Positions 17,696-28,806 of a stretch of DNA of 64,000 nt are shown here, piece by piece (the stretch's first letter is position 1; every line of letters begins with the position of its first letter). The stretch comes from an uncultured bacterium (GTDB taxonomy: Bacteria > Chlamydiota > Chlamydiia > Chlamydiales > SM23-39), in assembly GCA_963716985.1 (NCBI GenBank), contig OY970323.1, forward strand, positions 1,393,942-1,457,941, given 5' to 3'. The notes below the pieces were generated by a model, which saw nothing but the letters and a program-made list of their open reading frames with translations, did no database searches and was not told the DNA's origin. A program made the position numbers and the translations under genes.

Positions 17696-18349
17696 CTATT
17701 TTTTAAGTCCTGCACAAGGAGCGCATACCATGGGAGATTCGCCCATCTTCCAATCAGGGGAAGTGACATAAGAGCTTTTTTCATCTGTTTTTTGCATCGC
17801 AGCAATAATCCGGGCAATCTCCTCAAAGTTTCTTCCATTTTTCATAGGATAAAAAGCAACGAACCGAATCTTTCCGCAAGGGTCGATCACAAAAACAGAG
17901 CGAATGGGCTTTTCGCTCGTTACGTGCGGATGGATCATTCCATATAGATTTGCAATTTTCTTCTCAGGGTCGGAAAGCAATAAAGGAAGATCCTCTTGGG
18001 AAATTTTCGCTCCCTCTGGGCCCATGTTTTGCAATGCGGTTTGAAGCCATTTTTGCTGCTCGCTTCCTTCATGGCAGGTCAAGAGACAACACCTTGTGCG
18101 AAGGTCATTCCATACTTGGGTCATCTGCAAACATTTGGCAAGTTCCAGCGTACAGACCGTCGTCATGAGATTCGGAACGCTGAACAAAAGGATCCATTCC
18201 CCTAAAAAATCCCCCGGGAAAGAACGATTGCCCTGCTGTGTTCCTACCTGAAAAGAGGGTGCTTCTTCTCCCAAAGTCAGTTCTGAAGAAAACACAAGTG
18301 AGGAAAACAATACAAAGATCGAAAAAAGCTTGTAAAAACCACATTTCAT
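17696..18349 (-). CDS. Peroxiredoxin (Prx6/1-Cys-like) with N-terminal signal peptide
   Basis: WILLFSVPNLMTTVCTLEL retains the peroxidatic Cys context. It also has RSVFVIDPCGKIR and GRNFEEIARIIAAMQ, with the leader MKCGFYKLFSIFVLFSSLVFS. Confidence 0.75.
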   Translation of the reverse strand: MKCGFYKLFSIFVLFSSLVFSSELTLGEEAPSFQVGTQQGNRSFPGDFLGEWILLFSVPNLMTTVCTLELAKCLQMTQVWNDLRTRCCLLTCHEGSEQQKWLQTALQNMGPEGAKISQEDLPLLLSDPEKKIANLYGMIHPHVTSEKPIRSVFVIDPCGKIRFVAFYPMKNGRNFEEIARIIAAMQKTDEKSSYVTSPDWKMGESPMVCAPCAGLKK

Positions 18350-18368
18350 AAAATACTCCCTTGAAAAG

Positions 18369-19040
18369 CTAATTCCATTTTTTCTCCAAGAATCTCCAAG
18401 ATTTCACAGGCTCAAAGGTCCGGCGATGCTCTTCGCAAGGTCCGTGCTTTCGAAGCAAAGCTAAGTGTTTTTCCGTTCCATATCCCTTATGTAGATCGAA
18501 TTGATATTGCGGCCATTTTTGATGCATCTCTTTCATGAGTTGATCGCGCGTTTCTTTGGCAACAACCGAAGCCGCTGCAATCGAAATCGAAAGAGCGTCG
18601 CCGCCGACAATCCCTAAATGGGGATGAGAAACTTTGGGCAGTTGGTTTCCGTCAAAAAGGACAAAATCGGGCGTCGTTGAAAGGTGGAGCAAAGCTTCTT
18701 GCATCGCGAGGAATGTCGCTTGAAGAATATTAACTCGATCAATGGTTTTGGCATCGATAATTCCGATTCCAAAGAAAATATCGGAATGGCGGGTGATCTT
18801 TTCGAAAAGCTCTTTTCTTTTTTTTGCTGGGAGTTTTTTGCTGTCGTTGAGGCCTTCGAGCAAAAAACCCTTCGGCAATATGACCGCTGCAGCGACAACC
18901 GGACCTGCCAAGGGACCTCTGCCCGCTTCATCTACGCCTGCAATATGACGATAACCCTTCTGAAAAAGATCCTCTTCCCAAACACTCATGGCACAAAGCC
19001 GCTCCCTTTCCACGTCTTTCAAAAGAAACCCTTTTTCCAC
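18369..19040 (-). CDS. rnhB: Ribonuclease HII
   Basis: AGVDEAGRGPLAGPVVAAAV, DSKKL, and GDALSISIAAASVVAK. Confidence 0.95.
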   Translation of the reverse strand: MEKGFLLKDVERERLCAMSVWEEDLFQKGYRHIAGVDEAGRGPLAGPVVAAAVILPKGFLLEGLNDSKKLPAKKRKELFEKITRHSDIFFGIGIIDAKTIDRVNILQATFLAMQEALLHLSTTPDFVLFDGNQLPKVSHPHLGIVGGDALSISIAAASVVAKETRDQLMKEMHQKWPQYQFDLHKGYGTEKHLALLRKHGPCEEHRRTFEPVKSWRFLEKKWN

Positions 19041-19209
19041 TGGTTAAAAACATTTATACCTCTATAGAAAATAGTTCACAAGACAGAGCTCCAAAAATCA
19101 AAGGCTAAAGGAAAAATCGATCATAGGCAACGATCGGTGGCTGTGTTGCACAGCCACCAAGGCAAAAGATTTAAAATTTTTTTACAAAACACTTCCAATA
19201 GTTAATATT

Positions 19210-19376
19210 GGGCGCATTCCCATTTTCTGGGTAGGGGTTTCTCGAGGAAAAATGCGCAAGGCATTGCAATTTGCAACAAATAAATGACGTAGCAACCCTC
19301 ATTTGTAAGGAACGAATTAGACAAGATAAGCCGTCTTCTCCTAGGAAACGGCTACCCAGAAAATGGGAATGCGCCC
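19210..19376. repeat. 167-bp element bounded by a perfect 25-bp inverted repeat (MITE-like or structured RNA)
   Basis: GGGCGCATTCCCATTTTCTGGGTAG at 19210-19234 has its exact reverse complement at 19352-19376. Pairing extends 5 more bp after a 2-nt mismatch. Confidence 0.8.
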
Positions 19377-19472
19377 ATCTAAACTAAAAGAATTGATAAA
19401 ATTTCTTCATATAGATACAAAGACGGAAAGATGCTATTGCAACCATTTTAGATTTAAATTGAGCTTTGTTGA

Positions 19473-20406
<934 letters not shown>

Positions 20407-21017
20407 TTCCTAAAGAAAAAATCATTTGGCCTATCGGAGGCCGCATGCATTCAATATTGACGAAATATTCCGATCTGGAACTTAAGGATCCCTTTAACGT
20501 GCCGCGTTCGATCCCGAGCATTTCCGCACTGATTGGCCAGGTGTTGGACTCAATCGAACAAGAACAAGCATCTTTGGAAATCGATCAACTATTGATCTTT
20601 TACAACAAACCAACATCCGGAGCAAAATTCGAGCCCACATGTTTATCTCTTCTTCCCATCGATGAAAAATGGTTGAATAGCTTCAAAATTGAAAAGTGGC
20701 CTACAAATAAATTTCCAGAAGTGATCGATGATATTGAGTCTACTTTTTCAGCTCTGATTCGTGAACATCTCTTCACCTCCATATTTAAAGCTTGTGTTGA
20801 GTCGTTAACTAGTGAAAACACAAGTAGATTTGCGACTATGCAAGCAGCTGAGCATCATATTGAAGATTTTCTTGAAGAGTTGCATTTGAGGTTTAATTTA
20901 GAGAGGCAAAACAATATTGATGAAGAATTGTTCGATGTGATTTCTGGTTTTGAAGTAATGACATCTAATAGCACAGGGAAATTGCATGATAAATTTGTTG
21001 ACAAAGGTTTGCTATAG
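20407..21017 (+). pseudogene. atpG: F-type ATPase gamma subunit, C-terminal ~200 codons only
   Basis: The C-terminal signature LTSENTSRFATMQAAEHHIEDFLEELHLRFNLERQNNIDEELFDVISGFE matches the gamma pattern ES.aSE..aR..AM..A..N....L.l.yNr.RQ..IT.EL.Ei.sG. Confidence 0.65.
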
Positions 21018-21127
21018 ACATTTTGGTCGAAGAACTTGTTGGTCTTCTTCTTTTGGAGAGATCGGTAAAAAAAGGTCGCTGCTCCATGAAAGGGTTTTGT
21101 CAAGAAATTTATCATGCAATTTCCCTG
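20974..21127. repeat. 32-bp near-perfect inverted repeat pair spanning the end of the atpG relic
   Basis: CAGGGAAATTGCATGATAAATTTGTTGACAAA (20974-21005) matches the reverse complement of 21096-21127 with 1 mismatch. The spacer is 90 nt. Confidence 0.75.
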
Positions 21128-21402
21128 GGGGATTTCCCTTTATGGCTTCTGTCGGCATTTTTGGCAGTCAAGCGCTAAACCGTAGCGGCCTCATCCAAAA
21201 TTTGTATTCTGAACGCCATATTGATATTGTCTTAAGCATCGCTCGCGCTAACAACGTTGGTTCTGAAGATGAGTACAAGCTGGCAAAAGAGAGGATGGAT
21301 AAACTATCATCTCTTCGTTTCGCCGTTTGAGTCCTTTACAAGCCGACTAAATAAGAGAAGATCAGACAAGAAAAAAACAAATGGACATCAAAGCAAGTAA
21401 AG

Positions 21403-21435
21403 AACTCCCTACTGCGCGAAGCACAGTCGGGAGTT
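21403..21435 (-). terminator. Possible terminator hairpin downstream of rplS
   Basis: AACTCCC...GGGAGTT stem with an inner ACTG/CAGT pairing. On the minus strand it is followed by a T-containing stretch (ctttacttgcttt), which is not a clean U-tract. Confidence 0.3.
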
Positions 21436-21452
21436 GATTAGATCCTAGCCTT

Positions 21453-21890
21453 TTACGCTTGAGGAGGCGTTTCAGTCAGCGCTTTTACCGCACCTTCCGA
21501 TTCGAGTCCTACCTCTTCTCCAAGAATCGCCCCAAATTTTTCTTTCAACTTGGCCTTCCTTCCCGACACACCGCGAAGATAATACAACTTCGAGCGACGT
21601 ACCTGTCCGGAAGAAACGACTTCAATTTTACTAATTTTGGGACTATGAAGAAGAAAAACCCTCTCCATGCTGCATCCATAAGCATTTCGATACACAGAAA
21701 AGGTTTCGGATAAGCCCTGTCCCTTTTTTGCAATCACGGTCCCCATAAAGACTTGAATACGCTCTTTCTGCCCCTCTTCTTCCATAATGCGCAGGTGAAC
21801 ACGAACCGTATCCCCTACCTTAAAAGGAGTCCTCTTTTGAATCTTGAATGCCTCTTCAAAATCTTTCATCACTTGATTTCTGCGGCTCAC
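21453..21890 (-). CDS. rplS: Ribosomal protein L19
   Basis: [46 protein letters not shown]...[17 protein letters not shown]...RRSKLYYLR. Confidence 0.95.
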   Translation of the reverse strand: MSRRNQVMKDFEEAFKIQKRTPFKVGDTVRVHLRIMEEEGQKERIQVFMGTVIAKKGQGLSETFSVYRNAYGCSMERVFLLHSPKISKIEVVSSGQVRRSKLYYLRGVSGRKAKLKEKFGAILGEEVGLESEGAVKALTETPPQA

Positions 21891-22611
21891 TTAACACCTC
21901 TTCTTCTTTTGCTAATAATTGACATTGTTCTAAAAGATATTTCGCATAGAGCTCCGGCCGAACTCTTTTTGTTTTTTTCAAAGCTTCTTTGAGCTTCCAG
22001 TTGCGGATTTCTAAATGATTTCCCCCGCGCAACACTTCGGGCACTTCCATTCCTTCAAAAACGATCGGCTTCGTATAGTGAGGCCCATCAAAAATCCCCT
22101 CTTGAAACGAGTCTTCTTTTGCAGCATCGGGATGCCCCAAAACTCCGGGGATAAAGCGTGAAAGCGCGTCGACAAGGACAATCGCGGGAATACATCCATT
22201 GGTCAGGACATAATCTCCAATGCTGATCTCTTCATCCACTTCTTTCATCAGAATTCTCTCGTCAACTCCCTCATAATGACCGCACAGCAGGACCAGATGT
22301 TCTTTCTTTGAAAGCTGCTCGCACTTCCTTGACGTCAATAGTTTCCCCTGAGGAGAGAGATGAATCACACAAGATCCCTCTTTCTTAACGCTCCGAATCG
22401 CATCCACAGCCGGCTGGGGCATCAGCACCATGCCGGGCCCCCCTCCAAACGGACGATCGTCCACCTTTTTGTGTTTGTCTTTTGAAAAAAGCCGGATATC
22501 GACATGCCGTATGGTCAAAAGGCCGGCGTCGATCGCTCGCTTCAAAATACTCACGTCAAAGGGCCCCTGAAAATAATCAGGGAAAAGAGAGAGGATGTCG
22601 ATCTGCATCAT
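21856..22611 (-). CDS. trmD: tRNA (guanine37-N1)-methyltransferase
   Basis: [14 protein letters not shown]...[32 protein letters not shown], and [11 protein letters not shown]. Confidence 0.95.
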   Translation of the reverse strand: MMQIDILSLFPDYFQGPFDVSILKRAIDAGLLTIRHVDIRLFSKDKHKKVDDRPFGGGPGMVLMPQPAVDAIRSVKKEGSCVIHLSPQGKLLTSRKCEQLSKKEHLVLLCGHYEGVDERILMKEVDEEISIGDYVLTNGCIPAIVLVDALSRFIPGVLGHPDAAKEDSFQEGIFDGPHYTKPIVFEGMEVPEVLRGGNHLEIRNWKLKEALKKTKRVRPELYAKYLLEQCQLLAKEEEVLSEPQKSSDERF

Positions 22612-22617
22612 GATGCT

Positions 22618-22956
22618 TTATCGCTCTTTCTGCTCTTCGGATTTCACCGGTTGCGCTTTCTCTGCGGATGTCTTCTTTTTTTTCGGTTTTTTTTGGTTCA
22701 ATGCATGGACCACATCCGGCGCTACTTTAGAAACGAGCACTTTGGCCCTTTCCGATATTTGCGCTCCTTTGGAGAGCCAGTATTGAACGCGCACTGCATC
22801 GACGACATAATTCACATCTTTTTTCATAAATGGATCATACCAACCGAGCTTTTCGACATATTTTCCATCTCGAGGCGACCTTTCGTCGGCAACCACTAAA
22901 CGAAAACATTTTCGATTATTTCTTCCTTGTTGTCTCAATCGAATTACAAGGGCCAT
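22618..22956 (-). CDS. rpsP: Ribosomal protein S16
   Basis: MALVIRLRQQGRNNRKCFRLVVADERSPRDGKYVEKLGWYDP, with a Lys-rich tail. Confidence 0.95.
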   Translation of the reverse strand: MALVIRLRQQGRNNRKCFRLVVADERSPRDGKYVEKLGWYDPFMKKDVNYVVDAVRVQYWLSKGAQISERAKVLVSKVAPDVVHALNQKKPKKKKTSAEKAQPVKSEEQKER

Positions 22957-24285
22957 GTCTTTCCTCCCATCATTTGCTGTTTCATTGCAGAAAATCCACC
23001 TTTTTGACCTAAGCTTTTGACTAGCTGCTTCATCTTTTTAAATCCTTTGACGAGTCGATTCACTTCATCTAATTTTACTCCGCTGCCCAACGCAATGCGT
23101 CGACGCCGCGCATGAGAAATCTCCACTTTTTCTTGCCTTTCCTCTGGATTCATGGAAAGAATCATCGACTCCATTTTTTGGAACTCTTTATCGGAGACCT
23201 CAAAATCTCCTCCCATAGACGATAGTCCCGGCACCATCTTCAGTAAATTCTTAAACGACCCCATTTTCTTCATCATTCCCATCTGGCGCAAGTAGTCGTC
23301 ATAGGTAAAAGAGGCCTTTCTGAGCTTTTCCTCCATCTTCTTTCCCTCTGCTTCATCAAAATTCTCTTCGGCCTTCCGAACGAGATTGATGATATCTCCC
23401 CATCCCCAAAATTCGATCTGCCATGGAAGAAGGGTGGAAGATTTGCAGGTCTTCTATTTTCTCACCAATGCCTTCAAACTTCAAAGGTTTTTTCGTGACT
23501 TCTCGAATTGTCAAGGCTGCACCGGCCCGGCAGTCGCCATCAAGCATGGTCAAAATACTACCGGTAATCTGCATACGGGCATCGAAAGCAAACGCAGCTT
23601 TAATCGCATCTTGGCCCATGGTCGCATTGGCAACGAAAAGGATCTCGTGGGGCTGAACGATTTCTTTGATCTCTTCGAGCTCCTTCATCAGCTCCTCGTC
23701 CAGATGGAGCCGTCCCGCCGTATCGACGATCAAAACGTCAAATTTTTCCTCCACGGCTTTCTGCATTGCTTTTTTAGCCACTTTGGTGGGATTTTTCTCT
23801 CCTGGGAGGGTAAAAACGGGAATTCCAATGGAAGAGCCCAGCTGGCACAGCTGTTCGATCGCAGCAGGTCTTTGCAAATCGCAAGCTGCCAGAAGGATCT
23901 TTTCTTTCTTCTTCTTCAAAAAATGGGCCAATTTCGCCGCATGCGTCGTCTTTCCGGCGCCTTGAAGCCCGCAGAGCATAATCACGGCCGGTTTTTCTTT
24001 CAGGTCGAGATGCGACTCTTCCTCCCCCATGAGAGAAACGAGCTCATCGTGGACAATTTTGACAAATTGCTGATGGGGCGTTACCGATTTGACAATGCTC
24101 TCTCCGATCGCCTTTTCTTTGATTCTCTGCACAAGGCCGCTGACAATACTATAGCTCACGTCGGCTTCTAAAAGGGCCAAACGAACCTCGCGCACAGCGT
24201 CCTGGATATTTTCTTCCGTCAGCTTTTTCGCTGCCGCCAAACCGCTAAAAAGAGAACGAAATTTTTCTGTTAAATTTTCAAACAT
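22944..24285 (-). pseudogene. ffh: Signal recognition particle protein Ffh, interrupted by a 1-nt frameshift
   Basis: The NG domain ORF (23356..24285; GLQGAGKTT, DTAGR) and M-domain ORF (22944..23336) lie in different frames. Minus-strand atggggAgatatc reads MGRYHQ...stop. Dropping one base gives MGDIINLVRKAEENFDEAEGKKMEEKLRKASFTYDD, running continuously into the M domain. Confidence 0.85.
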
Positions 24286-24342
24286 ATAATTTGAATAAGG
24301 TTTAAAAAGCCTTTAAATCACCTTAAAGAATACTAAAAAAAG

Positions 24343-25188
24343 TTATTCATTTTCAAGGAAAAAGAAACGATCTTTTCCGTTCCAGTCAGAAAAAAATTGT
24401 TGTACATGCCAGGGCGTATGGTTAAAGATTTGTAAAATGCGCTCTTTTTGGCTACTGCCGATTTCAAAAAAAATCTTGGACCCCTTGTGCAAATAACGAG
24501 GCAAGCTCTTTGAAAGTCTTTCATAAAACTCATAGCCGAAAGACCTTGCAATGAGGGCAATCAGGGGCTCATATTTTTTTACGTCATCTTCTAAATCCTT
24601 GATTTCTTCTTCAGAAACGTAAGGGGGGTTACAGCAGAGAAAGTGAGCCTTGTCGCAAAATCCTTCTAAAAGATCTCCTTGATGAAACTCTACATCCACT
24701 CCATTTTTCAAAGCATTTCTTTGAGCGACCTCTAAAGAGGGCCGAGAGATGTCGCTTAAAACCACCCGAAGATCAGGAAAGCTTTTTTTGATTGCAATGC
24801 CGATGCAGCCGCTTCCCGAACAAAGATCGACAAACACCTTCCCTCGCAACTCCTGTTTTTTTAAAAAATCCACAACCTTGTCCACCAAAAGTTCCGTTTC
24901 CGGCCTCGGAATGAGCACATCCGCATTCACTTCCAGCTCAAGATGGTAAAAGGGCAGTCTGCCGCAAAGATAGGCCACGGGCTCTCTTTTCTTTCTCCTT
25001 TCCAAAAAAGCGTGAAAATCCCTCACTTCTTTTTCTTCCAGGGGCTGATCATACCGAAGATACAAATCCATTCGCTTACAGCCAAGAACATGCGCCAAAA
25101 GATATTCTGCAGAGAGACGCGCATCAAAAAGACCGCTTGCAAGAAGTTCTTCGGTCGACTTTTGCAGGATTTCGGAAATCGTTTGCAT
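24343..25188 (-). CDS. prmC: Release-factor glutamine N5-methyltransferase
   Basis: DLCSGSGCIGIA SAM motif and the CCNPPYV catalytic motif. It lies downstream of prfA. Confidence 0.9.
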   Translation of the reverse strand: MQTISEILQKSTEELLASGLFDARLSAEYLLAHVLGCKRMDLYLRYDQPLEEKEVRDFHAFLERRKKREPVAYLCGRLPFYHLELEVNADVLIPRPETELLVDKVVDFLKKQELRGKVFVDLCSGSGCIGIAIKKSFPDLRVVLSDISRPSLEVAQRNALKNGVDVEFHQGDLLEGFCDKAHFLCCNPPYVSEEEIKDLEDDVKKYEPLIALIARSFGYEFYERLSKSLPRYLHKGSKIFFEIGSSQKERILQIFNHTPWHVQQFFSDWNGKDRFFFLENE

Positions 25189-25190
25189 AT

Positions 25191-26255
25191 TTATGAGAGA
25201 AGCTTTTGCTGATAATAAAAAGTAACCAGCGCTTGTGCGATATCGTCCAGATCGCCATCCATAATCTGATCGAGCTTATAGAGCGTCAGGTCAATGCGAT
25301 GGTCCGTTAACCGATTTTGAGGAAAATTATAGGTCCGAATTCTCTCCGAGCGATCTCCCGTTCCAACCTGCGAGGAGCGAAGAGCTGCGATTTCACTATG
25401 CTGTTTCCGGCGCTTCTCTTCGGCAATTCTTGCGCGCAAAAGACGCATGGCCTTTTCCTTATTTTTATGCTGCGATCGTTCATCTTGGCACGTCACTACG
25501 ACGCCCGTTGGCAGGTGGGTGATGCGAACCGCAGAATCGGTCACGTTGACGTGTTGTCCTCCCGCTCCTGAAGCGCGATAGGTATCGATGGAAAGATCTT
25601 TCTCCTGGATGTCCACCGCATCATCATCGGTCGGTTCGGGGAAAACAGCCACGGTGATGGCCGATGTGTGAAGGCGCCCCTGCGCTTCCGTCGCAGGAAC
25701 CCTCTGTACGCGATGCGTCCCTGCTTCATATTGAAGATACCGATAGACGTTTGGCCCGGACAGGACCATGATGTATTCTTTGAATCCACCCAAATCGGAG
25801 GGAGTGGAGCTGAGCACCTCATAACGCCAATTTTTACGGCCTGCATAATTCTGATACATCCGAATGCAGTCCGCCACAAAAAGAGCCGCCTCCTCTCCTC
25901 CTGTGCCTGCGCGTATTTCCAAAATGGTATTGCAGCTATCTTTAGGATCCGGGGGAACGAGCAGGGTCTCTAACCGCTTTCTCGAAAGAAACGCCTCTTT
26001 TTCCAAATCCCGAATCTCTTCTTTGAGAACTTCGATCAGCTCGGGATCCTTTTCCGAAAGCAAGAGATCTTGGCTTTGCGCCTTCTGAAAAAGCATTTTT
26101 TGGTAATAATCCCAAACTTCTTTTAATTGCGACAGAAACGCATATTCTTGCGTCAGCTCGCGATAGAGCTTCTGATCTTGAAGCGTAGCAGAATTGCCTA
26201 AAAGCTCTTCCACCTCAGACAAACGGTGCAAGAGACTGGTAATTTTTGCTTCCAT
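25191..26255 (-). CDS. prfA: Peptide chain release factor 1
   Basis: PATE tripeptide-anticodon context ([10 protein letters not shown]) and SGAGGQHVN. Confidence 0.95.
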   Translation of the reverse strand: MEAKITSLLHRLSEVEELLGNSATLQDQKLYRELTQEYAFLSQLKEVWDYYQKMLFQKAQSQDLLLSEKDPELIEVLKEEIRDLEKEAFLSRKRLETLLVPPDPKDSCNTILEIRAGTGGEEAALFVADCIRMYQNYAGRKNWRYEVLSSTPSDLGGFKEYIMVLSGPNVYRYLQYEAGTHRVQRVPATEAQGRLHTSAITVAVFPEPTDDDAVDIQEKDLSIDTYRASGAGGQHVNVTDSAVRITHLPTGVVVTCQDERSQHKNKEKAMRLLRARIAEEKRRKQHSEIAALRSSQVGTGDRSERIRTYNFPQNRLTDHRIDLTLYKLDQIMDGDLDDIAQALVTFYYQQKLLS

Positions 26256-26279
26256 GCTTTTCTTGGGCTTGAAAAAGAA

Positions 26280-26624
26280 CTATTCTGCTTTTTTCTTTCG
26301 AGGTTTTGCAGATGGGGCTGCTTTTTTTTCTTTTTTCTTCTTTTGAGGAAGATTCCCTTCTTTTTCTTTTGCGGCATCCTCTTTTTTCTTTGCATAACGC
26401 TTCGTGAATTTGTCTACTCTTCCTTCCGCATCAATGAACTGCTTGCTTTTCGTAAAGAAGGGATGGGAGGCAGAAGAAACTGCCACGCGATAGACAGGAT
26501 ATTCCTTTCCTTCGAAGGCTTCTTTTTCTTTGGGCTGCAAAGTGCTCCCGCAGACAAATTTAACTCCATTGGAAGAATCAACAAACAGGACATCCTGATA
26601 AGGGGGGTGAATCTCTTTTTTCAT
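26280..26624 (-). CDS. rpmE: Ribosomal protein L31 (type B-like) with Lys-rich C-terminal tail
   Basis: [28 protein letters not shown]...[24 protein letters not shown], followed by a KKKEKK-rich extension. Confidence 0.85.
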   Translation of the reverse strand: MKKEIHPPYQDVLFVDSSNGVKFVCGSTLQPKEKEAFEGKEYPVYRVAVSSASHPFFTKSKQFIDAEGRVDKFTKRYAKKKEDAAKEKEGNLPQKKKKEKKAAPSAKPRKKKAE

Positions 26625-26760
26625 GCACATCTCCGCTAAAAAATAAATGAATTATTGCATGATCGTAATTGAAAAAAAGGTTAAAAAACAAGACAATTTA
26701 ATGATCTGTTGAAAAAAAATCTCCAATCTCTTACGAGTGGGAGGAAGGCGGGAAGAAACA

Positions 26761-27663
26761 GCTATGGCAAATCCCTTTTATAAAATCGGTCCTTTACAAA
26801 CCCCAAGAATCATCCAAATTTTTCTTTTGCTCACGGGACTGGCAAGCCTTTTTTGTGCCGTCCAGGTAAGCTTTTTCCCCCATTTTCCTCTGCAATATTT
26901 GTTAAACCTCTCCTGGGCAGGGCTGCAGGAACATTTTTTCTGGCAGCCGCTCTCCTATCTCTTCCTCGTTCCGTCTGACGGGGTGACAATCTCCTTTTTC
27001 TTTAATCTGGCATTCCACCTCTATTTACTATGGGTTTTTGGCACATCCTTGATCGAACGGGTCAAAACCTTGCACTTTTTGATGCTTTTTTTTGCCGGCG
27101 GGCTTTCTGCCGCCATTTTCGGCCTTTTAATTATGTCGGCATCCTACCCTTTCTACCAGCTCTCCGGAAACTCGATCGCTCTCTATTCGATCCTGGTGGC
27201 TTGGGTGATGCTCAATCCAACAGCAGAACTGCGCCTTTTTTTCGCCATTCCTTTTAAAGCCAAATGGCTCCTCTTAGGTTTTTTGGGGCTTCCGCTGCTG
27301 CTGGCCTTTTCCGACTGGGACTTCGTCACTTTTGTCAGTTATTTCATGGGCGCCCTATTTGGCTACCTTTACATCCTCTGCCTCTACCATGTACATAGCC
27401 CGCTGCCCTTCTTACATCAGATGGAAAGGCGCATTATTACCTTCTTCCGCAGGAGAAAAGAAAGAAAAATTGAAAAAAAAGCCAAGATCTTCCACGAGGC
27501 GAAGATGTATGACATCAAAACCGGCAACCCTATCGTAAGCGATGAAGAGTTTGTAAACGCGATGCTCTCCAAAATTTCGCTGTATGGGGAGGGCATTCTG
27601 ACCGATGAGGAAAAGAAACGGATGCAAAAAATTTCCAAGAGACGAAGAGAGGAAAAGCAATAG
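26761..27663 (+). CDS. Rhomboid-family polytopic membrane protein with charged C-terminal tail
   Basis: Multi-TM core has rhomboid-like blocks (HLYLLWVFGTSLIE, FFAGGLSAAIFG, LSGNSIALYSILVAW). The likely start is MANPFYKIG. Confidence 0.45.
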   Translation, partial: AMANPFYKIGPLQTPRIIQIFLLLTGLASLFCAVQVSFFPHFPLQYLLNLSWAGLQEHFFWQPLSYLFLVPSDGVTISFFFNLAFHLYLLWVFGTSLIERVKTLHFLMLFFAGGLSAAIFGLLIMSASYPFYQLSGNSIALYSILVAWVMLNPTAELRLFFAIPFKAKWLLLGFLGLPLLLAFSDWDFVTFVSYFMGALFGYLYILCLYHVHSPLPFLHQMERRIITFFRRRKERKIEKKAKIFHEAKMYDIKTGNPIVSDEEFVNAMLSKISLYGEGILTDEEKKRMQKISKRRREEKQ

Positions 27664-27664
27664 G

Positions 27665-28150
27665 CTAACCTTTTCTTTGCCGGTGAAAAAAATCCTTTAA
27701 AAGCTTTGAAGAAAACTCTTCCATGACCCCTCGGCAAACCTCTACTTGATGCATGGGATGCTTCCGAGCAAATAGATCGATCCAACTTCCATTAGCTCCC
27801 AGACGAAGGTCCGGCGTCCCCCATACAAGCCTTTTGATGCGGGAGGCAAACATGGCGCCCGCGCACATAGGACAGGGCTCTAACGTACAATATAGGGTCG
27901 TGCCGGCAAGTCTCCAATTGGAGAAAAAAGCGGCTCCGGATGTCAGACAGAGCATTTCGGCATGGGCGGTGGCATCCTTCAGCATCTCGACCTGATTATG
28001 CCCGCGCGCAACGATCATGTTTTGATGAACGAGCACAGCGCCGACAGGAACTTCTTTTTTTCGAAAAGCCGTTTGTGCTTCCTTCAAAGCTTCTTTCATG
28101 AAGCGAAGATCTGTCTCCTCTTGGGAAGGCCCCTCTCTAAACAAAGTCAT
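27665..28150 (-). CDS. tadA: tRNA-specific adenosine deaminase
   Basis: HAEMLCL and TLEPCPMCAGA zinc-binding motifs. Start MTLFREG at 28150 has GGAGA upstream; the track ORF extends to 28183. Confidence 0.9.
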   Translation of the reverse strand: MTLFREGPSQEETDLRFMKEALKEAQTAFRKKEVPVGAVLVHQNMIVARGHNQVEMLKDATAHAEMLCLTSGAAFFSNWRLAGTTLYCTLEPCPMCAGAMFASRIKRLVWGTPDLRLGANGSWIDLFARKHPMHQVEVCRGVMEEFSSKLLKDFFHRQRKG

Positions 28151-28289
28151 TTTTTCTCCAAAAAAGTTTTTGGAGAATAACAAGAAAATGCGATGAGTTC
28201 AAGGAAGAAAAAACGCGTCCTTTACTTGTTTTTAAATTTTTCTTTTGTCAAACTTCGCCCGCTTTCTTTTTTTAAGTTCGCATTTCCGG

Positions 28290-28319
28290 TTGATTTGTAT
28301 GCGGGTTTTGATGTAAAAT
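28290..28319 (+). promoter_or_regulatory. Possible sigma70-type promoter for rpsO-pnp
   Basis: TTGATT (28290-28295), an 18-nt spacer, then TAAAAT (28314-28319), about 45 nt upstream of the rpsO ATG. Confidence 0.3.
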
Positions 28320-28364
28320 GTATTCTACGATATGAAAACCCTTAAGGTAGGGAGATAAGCTCTC

Positions 28365-28634
28365 ATGTCTTTAGATAAAGGTACCAAAGAAGAAATCACG
28401 AAAAAGTTCCAGTTGCATGAAAAGGATACCGGATCTGCGGATGTTCAAATTGCCATTCTCACAGAAAGAATTGCAGAGCTCACAGAACATCTTAAACTTG
28501 CCCCAAAGGATCACAATTCACGCCTTGCTCTGTTAAAGTTGGTGGGACAAAGACGCAAGTTATTAGATTATTTAAATTCTACCGACACAAAACGTTATCA
28601 AAGCTTAATCATGCGATTGAACTTGAGAAAATAG
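28365..28634 (+). CDS. rpsO: Ribosomal protein S15
   Basis: [48 protein letters not shown]. Confidence 0.95.
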   Translation: MSLDKGTKEEITKKFQLHEKDTGSADVQIAILTERIAELTEHLKLAPKDHNSRLALLKLVGQRRKLLDYLNSTDTKRYQSLIMRLNLRK

Positions 28635-28642
28635 ATTCGTAT

Positions 28643-28664
28643 CTAGGGGGATTTTTCCCCCTAG
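28643..28664 (+). promoter_or_regulatory. rpsO-pnp intergenic hairpin (attenuator or processing-site candidate)
   Basis: CTAGGGGGA-TTTT-TCCCCCTAG forms a 9-bp perfect stem. No U-tract follows, so it is not a canonical intrinsic terminator. Confidence 0.45.
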
Positions 28665-28806
28665 AGCCTATCCCATGGAGGAAATCAAAAGATAAAGAAC
28701 AGAGAAAAGATTTCAAAGGAGTTTTGAAGTTTTCTTTCTGATCTTCTATCAAGAAAATGACCTCCCTTTTTCTTCAATACTTGAACGCACGGAAAGGAGA
28801 CAATCC

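Noticed and set aside
20986-21330. 114-aa ORF downstream of the atpG relic as a real gene
   Set aside because: It starts inside a 32-bp inverted repeat, the first half is low-complexity, and no family is recognised. It is left unannotated rather than called.
26280-26400. Purine-rich AAG/AAA tract as a repeat or slippery regulatory element
   Set aside because: It simply encodes the Lys/Glu-rich tail of L31, and the antisense ORFs there are artefacts of the composition.
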